Shown in pieces: positions 46,938-56,800 of a DNA stretch of 64,000 nucleotides. Source of the DNA: Calditrichales bacterium (GTDB lineage Bacteria; Calditrichota; Calditrichia; Calditrichales; J004); contig OZ254086.1 of the NCBI GenBank assembly GCA_965267575.1, positions 2,144,001 to 2,208,000 on the forward strand, read 5' to 3'. Below the pieces are notes generated by a model, which worked only from the letters and a program-made list of their open reading frames with translations, was not told the DNA's origin and made no database searches. The translations under genes were made by a program, and so were the position numbers. The stretch's first letter is position 1; every line of letters starts with the position of its first letter.

Positions 46938-48167
46938 ATGCATCGATTATTAACAGCACTTTTTTTTCTAGCCGCTGTACTCCCCGCAGCGGCGCAAACA
47001 CCGGCTTCCACAGCTGGAACGGCAGGCAATGTTTTTCTGCGTTCCGGCCTGAGTGCCCGTGTTGCCGGGATGGGAGAAACATTCACGGCCGTCGCCGATG
47101 ATGAAAATGCCCTGTTTTACAATCCGGCCGGTTTAGCCAATATTGGCAAAGGCGCCGTTGGACTAAACCACACGCAGTGGTTTGAAGATATCCGCATGGA
47201 TAACCTCATTGCCGGCTATAACTTTGACCGCAAACTTGGCGTGGCGCTCTCCGTGGCGCATATGTGGATGCCTGCACTTGAAGGTAAGGATGTGTTTGGC
47301 AATCCTACCGGTGATGTGAACGTGAGCAGCAGCGTCATAAACCTGGGACTGGGCTATAAAATCCATCCGGCTTTTTATGTGGGCCTGGGTGTTAAATATT
47401 TTCAGGATAATCTTGCCGGATTCAGCGCGAGTGGCCTGGCGCTGGATGCCGGTTTTTATATGTATACGGCACTGCGCGGTTTGTCTTTCGGTTTTGCTGT
47501 TCAGAATATTGGCGGAGATATCCAGTATGATGAAGCGCGCGAAGAACTGCCTTTGACGTACCGTGCCGGCCTGGCCTATAAAGTACCGGGCACTGATTTG
47601 CGGATTGCCGCGGATGCCAGCAAGTCGCTGGATACGGACTATAATTTTTCCGCCGGCGTGGAGTACGTTCTGATGAACACCTTTTCCCTGCGTGTCGGCA
47701 ACCAGTTCAAGAATAATATGGGTTTTCAGCCGGGATATGGCGCAGGATTTAATTTTGAACAATCGTACGCTCTGGATTATACCTTTCACCAGTTTGAAGA
47801 TTTAGGCAATACGCATCGGGTGGGCTTTACTTTTCGTTTTGATCTGCCTGATAGAAAAATCCGCACACGACCGCTGTACCGAGAATATGGCATAAAGCGT
47901 CTTAATCCGCCGGACCAGATCAGCTACAGCGTTTCCGATGATAAGCTCATCGTTAACTGGGGTAAAGTGGACGGTGCGGTGTATAATATTTATGCCCGTG
48001 TTTCCGCAGACGGTCCCTGGAAAAAGCTTAACAAAAGCCTGGTCCACGGTACCAGTTATGTTTTCAAAAAGCCAAGCAGCGATGTTGAACTTTATATCAG
48101 TCTCACTTCCGTCCTGAACAGCGTGGAGAGTGATTTTTCAGGGGAGGTGAAAGTTGATGTTCAGTAA
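46938..48167 (+). CDS. PorV/PorQ-family outer-membrane beta-barrel with C-terminal Fn3-like extension
   Basis: Signal peptide; FL….AR..GMG….A.ADD…FYNPAGL, QNIG, LP..YRAG, DY….DLG.THR; an Fn3-like tail follows the barrel. Confidence 0.8.
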   Translation: MHRLLTALFFLAAVLPAAAQTPASTAGTAGNVFLRSGLSARVAGMGETFTAVADDENALFYNPAGLANIGKGAVGLNHTQWFEDIRMDNLIAGYNFDRKLGVALSVAHMWMPALEGKDVFGNPTGDVNVSSSVINLGLGYKIHPAFYVGLGVKYFQDNLAGFSASGLALDAGFYMYTALRGLSFGFAVQNIGGDIQYDEAREELPLTYRAGLAYKVPGTDLRIAADASKSLDTDYNFSAGVEYVLMNTFSLRVGNQFKNNMGFQPGYGAGFNFEQSYALDYTFHQFEDLGNTHRVGFTFRFDLPDRKIRTRPLYREYGIKRLNPPDQISYSVSDDKLIVNWGKVDGAVYNIYARVSADGPWKKLNKSLVHGTSYVFKKPSSDVELYISLTSVLNSVESDFSGEVKVDVQ

Positions 48168-51024
48168 GAGACAATCCAAAACAGCGCTTATAATAGCTGC
48201 TATTTTATTTGCCGTGGCGAATGTTTTCGCGCAAACCAATTCTTTTAACCTCTCCTGGGACGCCAACAGCGAACCCGATGTGTACGAGTATCACGTTTAC
48301 CGGGCCCTTAGTGCGGGCGCCAGCGAGCGACTGGCAAAAGTGGCACATCCGCAAAGCAGCTACAGCGACAATAGCGTAGACAAAGGTGTGCAATACTTTT
48401 ACCGCCTTAAGGCATTCGACTATTCGCTGAATGGCAGCGAATTTTCAGATGAACTGAGCGTGGCCATTCCCAAAATTTCCGGACTCACTTCGCCGGTCAC
48501 GGTAAATGGTGACACCACCATTACGATCAATCTTAATGAGCACGTGGAAGATCCGGATGACGCCGATGAAACGCTGACCTGGGAAATAAGCGGTGCCAAC
48601 TTAATATCAGTTTCAGTTGTTAATAATGTGGCTACTATTATTGTACCTGCCGGTTTCTCAACCCAGGAAACGCTTGTTTTTATTGTAAAAGACGACCAGA
48701 ATTTTGAAGACCGCAAGAGTGTCGCTTACCGCTCCAGTTCATCTTCCGGAACACTGCCACCCGTTTTTACAAGCTCGCCGTCACCGCAAATGCAGGAAGA
48801 TTCGGTCGGTATTATTACACTAAGTGATTTTGTAGAGGATCCGGACAGCGATGCAGGCGATCTCGTCTATTCTGTTGATGACGTAAGCAATCTTGGTTTT
48901 GAGGTTAATGGCGATCAACTTACGGTTACACCCGCTGCCAACTGGTTTGGGCAGCGCACAACGCAGGTAACCGTTACTGATGCTGAAGGTAACAGCGATC
49001 AGGCTTCGATGCAGATTGTGGTAAATGCCGTAAATGACGCGCCGGTGCTTAGCGCATTGCCGCAGCAGAGCATGGGCCAGAACAGCACGATTGAAGTTGA
49101 TCTTTCGGATTATGCCAGTGACGTGGATAACGAGGAAAGCGATCTTTCCTGGTCCTTTGACGGATACAGCCAGGTAACGTTGCAGTGGAATGAAACGACG
49201 GATATGCTGCAAATTACCAGTCCGCCTTCCTGGCAGGGTTTTGAATACGTGCGGACAACCGTGGAAGATCCCGACGGCGCATCTGTGTTGGATACACTTG
49301 TTATCCGCGTTTCCGGCGAAGGCTTTCCGCCGCAAATAAGCGGTTTGCCCGACGTGAGTTTTAATGAAGACGGATCGGCACAGCTACAACTCAACAATTA
49401 TGTTTCCGATGGAGATGACCCGTTACAAAACCTGTTCTGGCGCTCGCGTGATGCTGACAGCGTTAAAGTATCAATCAACCATACGACAAATGTGGCTACC
49501 TTCAGCGCTCAAAAAGACTGGAACGGCGAAGAGAATGTCTGGATGATAGTGAATGACCCCGACCAGAATGCCGACAGTACGCAGATCAAAGTAACCGTAA
49601 GCCCGGTAAACGACAGGCCTATTTTTGCAACACTGCCTTCGCTTAACATGAGCAGCCAGCTAACCCGCCAGATTAATCTTGCGCAATACAGCAGCGACGT
49701 GGATGATGCCGATGAGGACCTGACCTGGTCTGCACCTTCTTCGCCCGATGTGACAGTGTCGATAGAGGCTTCGGGCATGGCCACATTTACGGTTGCCGAA
49801 AGCTGGTTCGGCCAGGAAGAAATTGTAATTACCGTGCGCGATGATGAAAATGCCAGCGATACAAGCATGGTAACCGTCTATCGCCAGAATCCGGCCAACT
49901 CTCCGCACATTTCCGGGATCGAAGATTTAAATATGCCGGAAGACGATGAAAGGGAAATAGACCTGGACAGCCACGTTAGCGATGCTGACCACGCGGATAG
50001 CGAATTGACCTGGAGCTTTGCCGAACCTGTCAATCTTAATCTTTCGCTTAACGGCTCTACGCGCGTATTGACTGTTGCGCCAAAAGCAAATTGGAACGGC
50101 CGCGAAGATATTTTCCTGAAAGTGACCGATCCCGATAACAACTTTGCTTTTGATACCGTCCGTGTTGTTGTGTCGGCGGTCAATGATGCGCCCACGATTG
50201 CTTCCATCGGCACGATTACGATGCTGGACAACAGCTTCATCACATTGGACCTGACAGACTATATCAACGAGCCGGATGGCTATGATGACCTGACGCAGAT
50301 AAGTCTGCTGGCATCGGACAACGGTTTTGTCGGCTACTTCCTGGACCGGGATAACCTGGAATTGACCTTCTTTTCGCCGGCCGGCTATTACGGGCGTGAA
50401 ACGTTCCTGCTAAGGGTTACAGACAACAGCGGTCAACAGGCTTCCTCTGTTTTTACCGTGGATGTCCTGGAGAAGAACATCGACGGCTCGGTGGCCATGG
50501 CCTATCTGGGTGCGGCGACAAACATAACGCTGTCCTGGAAAACGAAAAGAGAAACCAAAGACTACGTTGAATATGGTCTTAATCCGTCATATGGTTTTGC
50601 CACCGATCAGGATGATGTTTTCAGTACGACCCATACACACATCATATCAGACCTGCAGGAAAATACAACATATCATTTCCGGATCGTTTCTCAAACAACA
50701 GACGGTAAAATTAGTTACTCCGCCGATTCCACCTTTACCACGGGTGGGGCAGGGGACATAAACGTCTTTCCTGTGCCATACCGCGCCTCGGAAGACCTGG
50801 ATGAGAATGGTGTGTTTTTTAGCAATCTTCCGCAAAATTCGGAGTTGTTGATATACAACCTTCTTGGCGAGCCGGTTTTCCGAAAAAATGAGCTTAGCCG
50901 TTTGTACCGCTGGCCCGTTGTTAACAACAGCGATAAAAAAGTAAGCAGCGGTGTTTACGTCTATGTTATCAAAGATGAAAAGGGCAAGAAAGTCAATTCC
51001 GGAAAGATGGTTGTGGTGAGGTAA
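48157..51024 (+). CDS. Secreted Fn3 + seven cadherin/Ig-like (tandem-95-type) repeats + Fn3 + T9SS-like CTD surface protein
   Basis: Signal peptide; LSWDAN.E.D..Y..YR; repeated P.I…ED…L..YV.D.D..L.W units ending VNDAP; VFPVPY…IYNLLG…SSGVYVY…KMVVVR. Confidence 0.8.
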   Translation: MFSKRQSKTALIIAAILFAVANVFAQTNSFNLSWDANSEPDVYEYHVYRALSAGASERLAKVAHPQSSYSDNSVDKGVQYFYRLKAFDYSLNGSEFSDELSVAIPKISGLTSPVTVNGDTTITINLNEHVEDPDDADETLTWEISGANLISVSVVNNVATIIVPAGFSTQETLVFIVKDDQNFEDRKSVAYRSSSSSGTLPPVFTSSPSPQMQEDSVGIITLSDFVEDPDSDAGDLVYSVDDVSNLGFEVNGDQLTVTPAANWFGQRTTQVTVTDAEGNSDQASMQIVVNAVNDAPVLSALPQQSMGQNSTIEVDLSDYASDVDNEESDLSWSFDGYSQVTLQWNETTDMLQITSPPSWQGFEYVRTTVEDPDGASVLDTLVIRVSGEGFPPQISGLPDVSFNEDGSAQLQLNNYVSDGDDPLQNLFWRSRDADSVKVSINHTTNVATFSAQKDWNGEENVWMIVNDPDQNADSTQIKVTVSPVNDRPIFATLPSLNMSSQLTRQINLAQYSSDVDDADEDLTWSAPSSPDVTVSIEASGMATFTVAESWFGQEEIVITVRDDENASDTSMVTVYRQNPANSPHISGIEDLNMPEDDEREIDLDSHVSDADHADSELTWSFAEPVNLNLSLNGSTRVLTVAPKANWNGREDIFLKVTDPDNNFAFDTVRVVVSAVNDAPTIASIGTITMLDNSFITLDLTDYINEPDGYDDLTQISLLASDNGFVGYFLDRDNLELTFFSPAGYYGRETFLLRVTDNSGQQASSVFTVDVLEKNIDGSVAMAYLGAATNITLSWKTKRETKDYVEYGLNPSYGFATDQDDVFSTTHTHIISDLQENTTYHFRIVSQTTDGKISYSADSTFTTGGAGDINVFPVPYRASEDLDENGVFFSNLPQNSELLIYNLLGEPVFRKNELSRLYRWPVVNNSDKKVSSGVYVYVIKDEKGKKVNSGKMVVVR

Positions 51025-51134
51025 GCAGCGAAAAAATAACTCTTCCCGCAATTCGTTAAGTTAGTCACAATCCCTATTAAGCAGACGCGATATAATCTTT
51101 AAGTTTAATATTTCTGTTTAATAGGGATTTTTTT

Positions 51135-51860
51135 ATGTTTTATGGAATTGTAATATGCAGCGATGACAAGCTCAAAGGTGAATGTCTGTCTATCGTAGAT
51201 ATCTGTACGGGCATAGAGCCGCGGGTTTACAAAAGCATCGCTGAGCTGAAAACCGACCAGATTCTTATCAATTATCTTTTTATTATAGTATGTGATCTGA
51301 ATGGTGAAATTCTCGAAAAAATCGCTCACCTGGAAAATACGACACCCGGTCTGACCGCGATTTTTTATAACCATTCACTGACCGTGTCCGATTTTCCGGA
51401 AGTTAACCGTTCGCCTAAAGTTAAAATGGTAATTGGCGAAAAACGTCAGGAGGCGCTTAAGGAACTGATACTTTCTTTAAAGCAGAATTACTGGCGTAAA
51501 ATACCATACGCTCAATTTAATATCGATTTTGACATGCTTTCGCCGAGAATGAAAAAGGTTATGAATATTATTGAAACGGCAGCGATCAGTAAATGCAATA
51601 TCACTAATCTGGCGTCCAAGCTAAACCTTAGTCCGGGTTATTTCAGCCAGGAATTTAAGCGTGAAACCGGAAAATCTTTCCGGCGCTTTATGCAGGATCT
51701 GATCGCCTTTTACGAAAATGAGATCGTTTCTAAAATCAACCTTCCGGCGAAAAATATTTCACAAATACTGGGCTATAGTGAATTATCCAGTTTCAGCAGA
51801 TCGTTTAAGAAACGCAAAGGTGTATCACCCTCAAAATATAAAAAAATGGTAAAGAGCTAA
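51135..51860 (+). CDS. AraC/XylS-family transcriptional regulator
   Basis: LASKLNLSPGYFSQEFKRETG and ISQILGYSELSSFSRSFKK..G.SP..Y double HTH. Confidence 0.9.
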   Translation: MFYGIVICSDDKLKGECLSIVDICTGIEPRVYKSIAELKTDQILINYLFIIVCDLNGEILEKIAHLENTTPGLTAIFYNHSLTVSDFPEVNRSPKVKMVIGEKRQEALKELILSLKQNYWRKIPYAQFNIDFDMLSPRMKKVMNIIETAAISKCNITNLASKLNLSPGYFSQEFKRETGKSFRRFMQDLIAFYENEIVSKINLPAKNISQILGYSELSSFSRSFKKRKGVSPSKYKKMVKS

Positions 51861-51870
51861 TACAGACCTG

Positions 51871-52704
51871 ATGATCGAAAATATACTCTCCGTTGATGTT
51901 GAAGAATGGTTTCATCCGGAAGCATTACAACATCGGTTTCCCGCCGAAAGCTGGTTGTCCCAGCAAAAACGCGTAGAAAGAAATACAAATATCCTGCTGG
52001 ACCTGTTTGCAGCCAAAAAGGTGAAAGGCACGTTTTTTACATTGGGTTGGGTGGCGGAACATTACCCCCAACTCATCAGACGTATCGTGGCCGAAGGACA
52101 TGAGCTGGGCAGCCACGGTTACAGCCATCAAATGGTAACCAGGCTGGATCGTGAATCTTTCCGCGAAGACCTGCAACGCTCGATAGAGATTCTCGAAGAT
52201 GTCTCCGGTGAGAAGGTGCTGGGATTTCGCGCTCCCACTTTCTCCGTGGTAAAGCAAACATTCTGGGCCTGGGAGGTTATGCTGGAGCTTGGGTTGCAGT
52301 ATGATTCTTCCGTTTATCCCATCTGGCATGATCGCTATGGCGTTCCGGATGCGCCGCGCTCACGCTATGTTGCTGTGCAAAACGGTGAGCGTAAATTATG
52401 GGAATTTCCCATGTCCACTGTAAAAATTCGTGGAAAAAACATGCCGTTCGGTGGCGGGGGGTACTTGCGAATTTTCCCCAACTGGCTTACTATTCGGGGC
52501 ATAAAAAGTGTAAACAACGAAGGGATTCCCGCCGTGCTTTATACACACCCGTGGGAATTCGATACCGAACAGCCCAGGGTTGATATGGGCTTCGTGCAAA
52601 GTATCAGACATTATTATAATATTGATAACAATTTGAAAAAATTGGCCGAACTATTGGATATGTTCTCCTGGACCTGTTTCCGGGATGTATTAAAAAAAAT
52701 GTGA
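51871..52704 (+). CDS. Polysaccharide deacetylase, PEP-CTERM-locus-type (DUF3473)
   Basis: SVDVEEWFH, TFFTLGWVAE..P, HELGSHGY.H, GFRAPTFS, YDSS.YP..HDRYG, GGGGYLR, Y.HPWE.D..QP. Confidence 0.9.
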   Translation: MIENILSVDVEEWFHPEALQHRFPAESWLSQQKRVERNTNILLDLFAAKKVKGTFFTLGWVAEHYPQLIRRIVAEGHELGSHGYSHQMVTRLDRESFREDLQRSIEILEDVSGEKVLGFRAPTFSVVKQTFWAWEVMLELGLQYDSSVYPIWHDRYGVPDAPRSRYVAVQNGERKLWEFPMSTVKIRGKNMPFGGGGYLRIFPNWLTIRGIKSVNNEGIPAVLYTHPWEFDTEQPRVDMGFVQSIRHYYNIDNNLKKLAELLDMFSWTCFRDVLKKM

Positions 52705-52785
52705 TATATGTTGTTCATTTAATTAAATACGCATTGGTATATTTATGGCCATGCAAATTAACACTTTAAAAGGTATGGAGTGAAA

Positions 52786-53262
52786 ATGAGCGAAAGCCGT
52801 CATATTTTGGTGGTTGACGACGAAGAAGATGTACGAGATACGCTGAAAAATGTATTAAAAAGCATGAACTTTATCCCGCATACGGCAGCCGGGGGCGAAG
52901 AGGCGCTGCAGGTTATTAAGAGCAAAAAGATCGATGTAATTCTTTCCGACCTGTATATGCCTGAGATGGATGGTATGCAGCTTTTGAAAAAGGTGCGTTC
53001 TTATGATAAGAATATCATCTTTTTGATGATCACCGCGCATCCCACTATCGATACGGCGGTAGATGCCATTAAGAAGGGCGCATATGATTATCTTACCAAG
53101 CCCTTTAACATCGAAGATGTGCGCATGAAGATAAACCGTGCGCTCGAGAAGCGCGGCCTTACTCATTCGCTTAAGACCGCCAACGGTATTATTTGGGCGC
53201 TGTTGATTTCGATCCCGATATGGCTTGTTCTGGGTATCATTCTCGCATCATTGTTAACCTGA
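52786..53262 (+). CDS. Stand-alone NtrC-type receiver domain with C-terminal transmembrane helix
   Basis: ILVVDDE, SDLYMPEMDG, ITAH…AVDAIKKGAYDYLTKPF, then a hydrophobic tail IIWALLISIPIWLVLGIILASLLT. Confidence 0.8.
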   Translation: MSESRHILVVDDEEDVRDTLKNVLKSMNFIPHTAAGGEEALQVIKSKKIDVILSDLYMPEMDGMQLLKKVRSYDKNIIFLMITAHPTIDTAVDAIKKGAYDYLTKPFNIEDVRMKINRALEKRGLTHSLKTANGIIWALLISIPIWLVLGIILASLLT

Positions 53263-53284
53263 AAAACCTAAAAAATTCTTTAAA

Positions 53285-53311
53285 GCCGTCCATCCGGGCG
53301 GCTTTTTTTTT
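53285..53311 (+). terminator. Rho-independent terminator
   Basis: GCCGTCC-atcc-GGGCGGC stem followed by T9. Confidence 0.8.
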
Positions 53312-53378
53312 GCCCGGCTATTATTTTGTTAGCTGTACAATTAAGTTTTGTTTTAGGATAACATAATGAGAGGTAAGC

Positions 53379-53807
53379 ATGACCGTAATAACCGGCTTTG
53401 TAAACGTTCAGACCAAGGGCTTTAATGACATCATAGATATCACGACTGATGTTGAGGATTTTATAAAAAGCAAAGACTGCCGGGAAGGACAAATACTTGT
53501 CTTTATAAATGGGGCAACAGCCTCGATAAGCACGACTGAATATGAGCCGGGCTTATTACAGGATATCCCGAAAGCTTTGGATAAAATTGCCCCGCTGAAT
53601 GGCTCTTACAAGCACAATGATACCTGGCATGATGGAAACGGTTACGCCCATGTACGTTCTACTTTAATGGGGCCGATGGCTGTTTTCCCGGTTTACGAAT
53701 CACGCATTATTCGCGGTACCTGGCAGAATATTATCCTGCTGGATTTTGATAACCGTCCCCGTCAGCGCCAGGTTACGCTGCAATTCTCCGGTGAAACCAA
53801 TCAGTAA
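53379..53807 (+). CDS. yjbQ: YjbQ/UPF0047 family protein (secondary thiamine-phosphate synthase)
   Basis: DIT, G.TAS…E.EPGL..D, Y.H..WHDGNG.AH.RS.L.G, GTWQ.I…DFD.RPR.R. Confidence 0.9.
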   Translation: MTVITGFVNVQTKGFNDIIDITTDVEDFIKSKDCREGQILVFINGATASISTTEYEPGLLQDIPKALDKIAPLNGSYKHNDTWHDGNGYAHVRSTLMGPMAVFPVYESRIIRGTWQNIILLDFDNRPRQRQVTLQFSGETNQ

Positions 53808-56800
53808 TCGGAAGACGGAACGGCCATTTGCAGCTTTTTGAGATGGCTGCCATCCATGGAAAGAAAATTATCGGGCAGTTCATCATAAAAGTGCAGATGC
53901 AGAAGTCCCCCGGCTTTATAGCCTGTCTTTTGAAAATTCATTTCGTCAAGGCAGAGACTCCATCCTTCCATCCAGCTGATCAACGCTTTCTTTTGCTCTT
54001 CGCTGCCCTTAAAGCGGATCACGAGGTCCACGTCGCTTCCGGCTTGGGCGCTTTTGCTGCGCACGCTTCCGGCAAGAAACATTTCGCGGACGCCAAAGCG
54101 CCTGGGATCAAGCTGAAGGGCAATCTTTTCGGCCATGTCTTCACGCCAGCGGGTATGGTCCATTACTGTAGAGCCATGGACCTGCAACAGGGAGATGGGC
54201 AGATCGCTGCCATCACGTGGCGTGAATATGCCAACGGCTTTTTCCGCGTCTGCATTCATTAATATGCGCAGGCAGTTGCCCGGTTTTATAGAATTTATAT
54301 CGACAACTTTTACCACATCCTCCAGAAAGCGGTATTCCGGCAAAAATTCCACAAGCTGGTTGGGTGCATTCAGCAAAACTTCTTCCTTAAATACCTGGTG
54401 AGAGTCATCCGGATACAAGGGCAGGTAACGTATTCCGGCTTCCACAAGATCCTGAAAGAAGTGTGTTCCAAAAGAAAGGTCCGGCACGTAGTTGCCCTTT
54501 TTACGGGCGATTTCCACCAACACACAGGTGTTATTAATATCCGAATAGGTGACGCTCACACCGAGCTTGATATCACCACGGCTGCCCCAACGCCCGGGGC
54601 CCATTAAGATAAATTTACGCTTCGGTAATACCTTGTTCAGTTTGCCGACGGCTTTACCTACCGCCTCCATGTCTTTCTTCTCATGCAGCGCGTTGTAAGA
54701 ATCCGGTGTTACATAGACAATGTGCGTAATCTCCGGAACAGTGCCATTGGAGACATAGCGGTTGGCCGAAAAAAGAAGCCTGTCTTCCGGGATATCTTCG
54801 GGGATAGGCGAGGGTGCGTCAAATTTGGAATAGCTTTGCGGACGGCATTGCAGCAGGTAGAGATATTTGCCGTCCGAGGCAAATTCGATGTCGACCGGAG
54901 TGGCCAGGGCTGCTTGCAGTTCCTTTAAAATGCGGTGTATCAGCGACACGAAGTTGGTATCTTTGACGAGACCGTCAAATGTAACGATCAGGTCTGCCTT
55001 GGTATAATCAAGATTAACACCGACTGGCTTGCGCACATTATTGTGTTCAAAAATGGAGATAACGCGGTTAATGCCCGGATAATCATTGCCGTGTTCCTGC
55101 ATCAGCTCACGGATATCGATAGTTTCAAATTCTTTAGTGCGCAGATTAATGGCGTCGGCCTTTTGCGGCGCATAGCGGATAATTTCATTTATGCTGACAT
55201 TGGCCTTCAAATTGGGCTGCCCCGGTGCAATAAGTATTGGATAGTCATCACTCAGACGATCCACGGCGCGCGTACCGAGGCCCGGCACAATGCGGATCAG
55301 GCCATCTTCACGTCGGATACGCGGCGACCAGCGGAATTCATTGTTGCTGAAAGCGACGCCGGCAAAACTGGGCAGGAAATAATCGCCCACACGGGTACCG
55401 ACAACTTCCTGCAGCATGATGCCCATTTCCTCATGGAAGTCCAGCAGTCCCCGTTCGGCGCGGTATTCGATTGGGTCAGGACCGATGGTAGAAGCATACA
55501 CTTCGGCGATCGCATCCATCAGCGCTTCGAGACGTTCCTGCTTGCTGCCCTGGTTGGCCAGGAACAGGCTTTTGTATTTACCGGAAAAAGCAGAACCCAG
55601 CCGGTCTTCCAGCAAACTGGAACTGCGGACAATGATCGGGATCTCGCCAAAATTGTCGAGGGCCATGGAGAGCCCTTGTACGATTTCCGGCGGGAAGTGC
55701 GAATTTTTAAATAGCTGTACCACATGGGGATATTCTTTGCGCACCTCGTCTACATCTTTGTATTTCTGCTCCAGGATCTCTTCAAGATTATTATAGTGCA
55801 TAAAATGGATCAGCGTGTCCGAGGTTATAAACCATGTTTTGGGTACACGGATCATCTCGCGGGTCTCTTCATCGGTTATGACGTTGTTTATAATGCGGGA
55901 TGCCAGGAACAGTCCGGCGCTCTTACCGCCCAGTTTGCCATGGCTCCCGGTCGGGAATATCATTTTTCGTATCAGTTCGTTGAAATCGCTGATGCGAACA
56001 TAGTTTTTCGCGATATTTATAAACTCCAGTTGTTCGGTGAAAAACCGCCGTATCAGAGCCGCCCGAACACCGATCAGGATAGAAGGCATAAGTTGAAGAC
56101 CTTCCGGGGCTATCTGGAAATATTTGCGCACGGCATCGGCAATGTCGGTCAGTGAGGTGTCGTTGTTCGATGTGGCACGGACAAGAAACGCCGTTTTGTC
56201 CTGCTGAATCCACTTTTGGATATTGGAAAGTATTTCCGTGCTGCTCAGGTAATTCTGGGCCATCTTGAATACTTCCCGCGCCACTTTTTCGCCCGTTTCA
56301 AAGCTTCGCTTGCGCAGCGGACTGTTGGCCTCGCCAATCACATCCGTCTGCTCGTAGCGCGCCGATGGGTTAAACTTTTGCAGCAGATATTCCGACTCCC
56401 CGATGCCTTTCCAGACCATGTAGTTCAACATTTTGCGCGAGATTCGAATGTACAGGTCGGGATCGGTGCGGCGCAGCAGTTCCAGGATCACTTCCCATTC
56501 GCCGGACTTGCGCTGGCTCATATCCTGCTTTGTGCTTTCCCACTTGTTGAAAACCAGTTTTAGTTTCTGGTACATGATATAGTGGCCCAGGCGCACGGAA
56601 ATGGTGTTTAGCAGACGCACCTCTTCGTTAAGAAAAGGCCCTTTATCCAGCGGCGGCTTTTCTTCCAGGTAATAAACGCGGATAGAGCCGGCCTTACGTT
56701 CCTGAACGGTTATGTCCACATGCAGCATCCAGGGCGATTCGCGGAAATCGCGCGACAGGTAGACGTTGTCGCGGTGGGTCACCTTAGCCCTGCAGATATC

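Noticed and set aside
52735-52749. TGGTAT-ATTTA-TGGC weak sigma-54-like box before the receiver gene
   Set aside because: Two mismatches in AT-rich sequence make it too weak to call.
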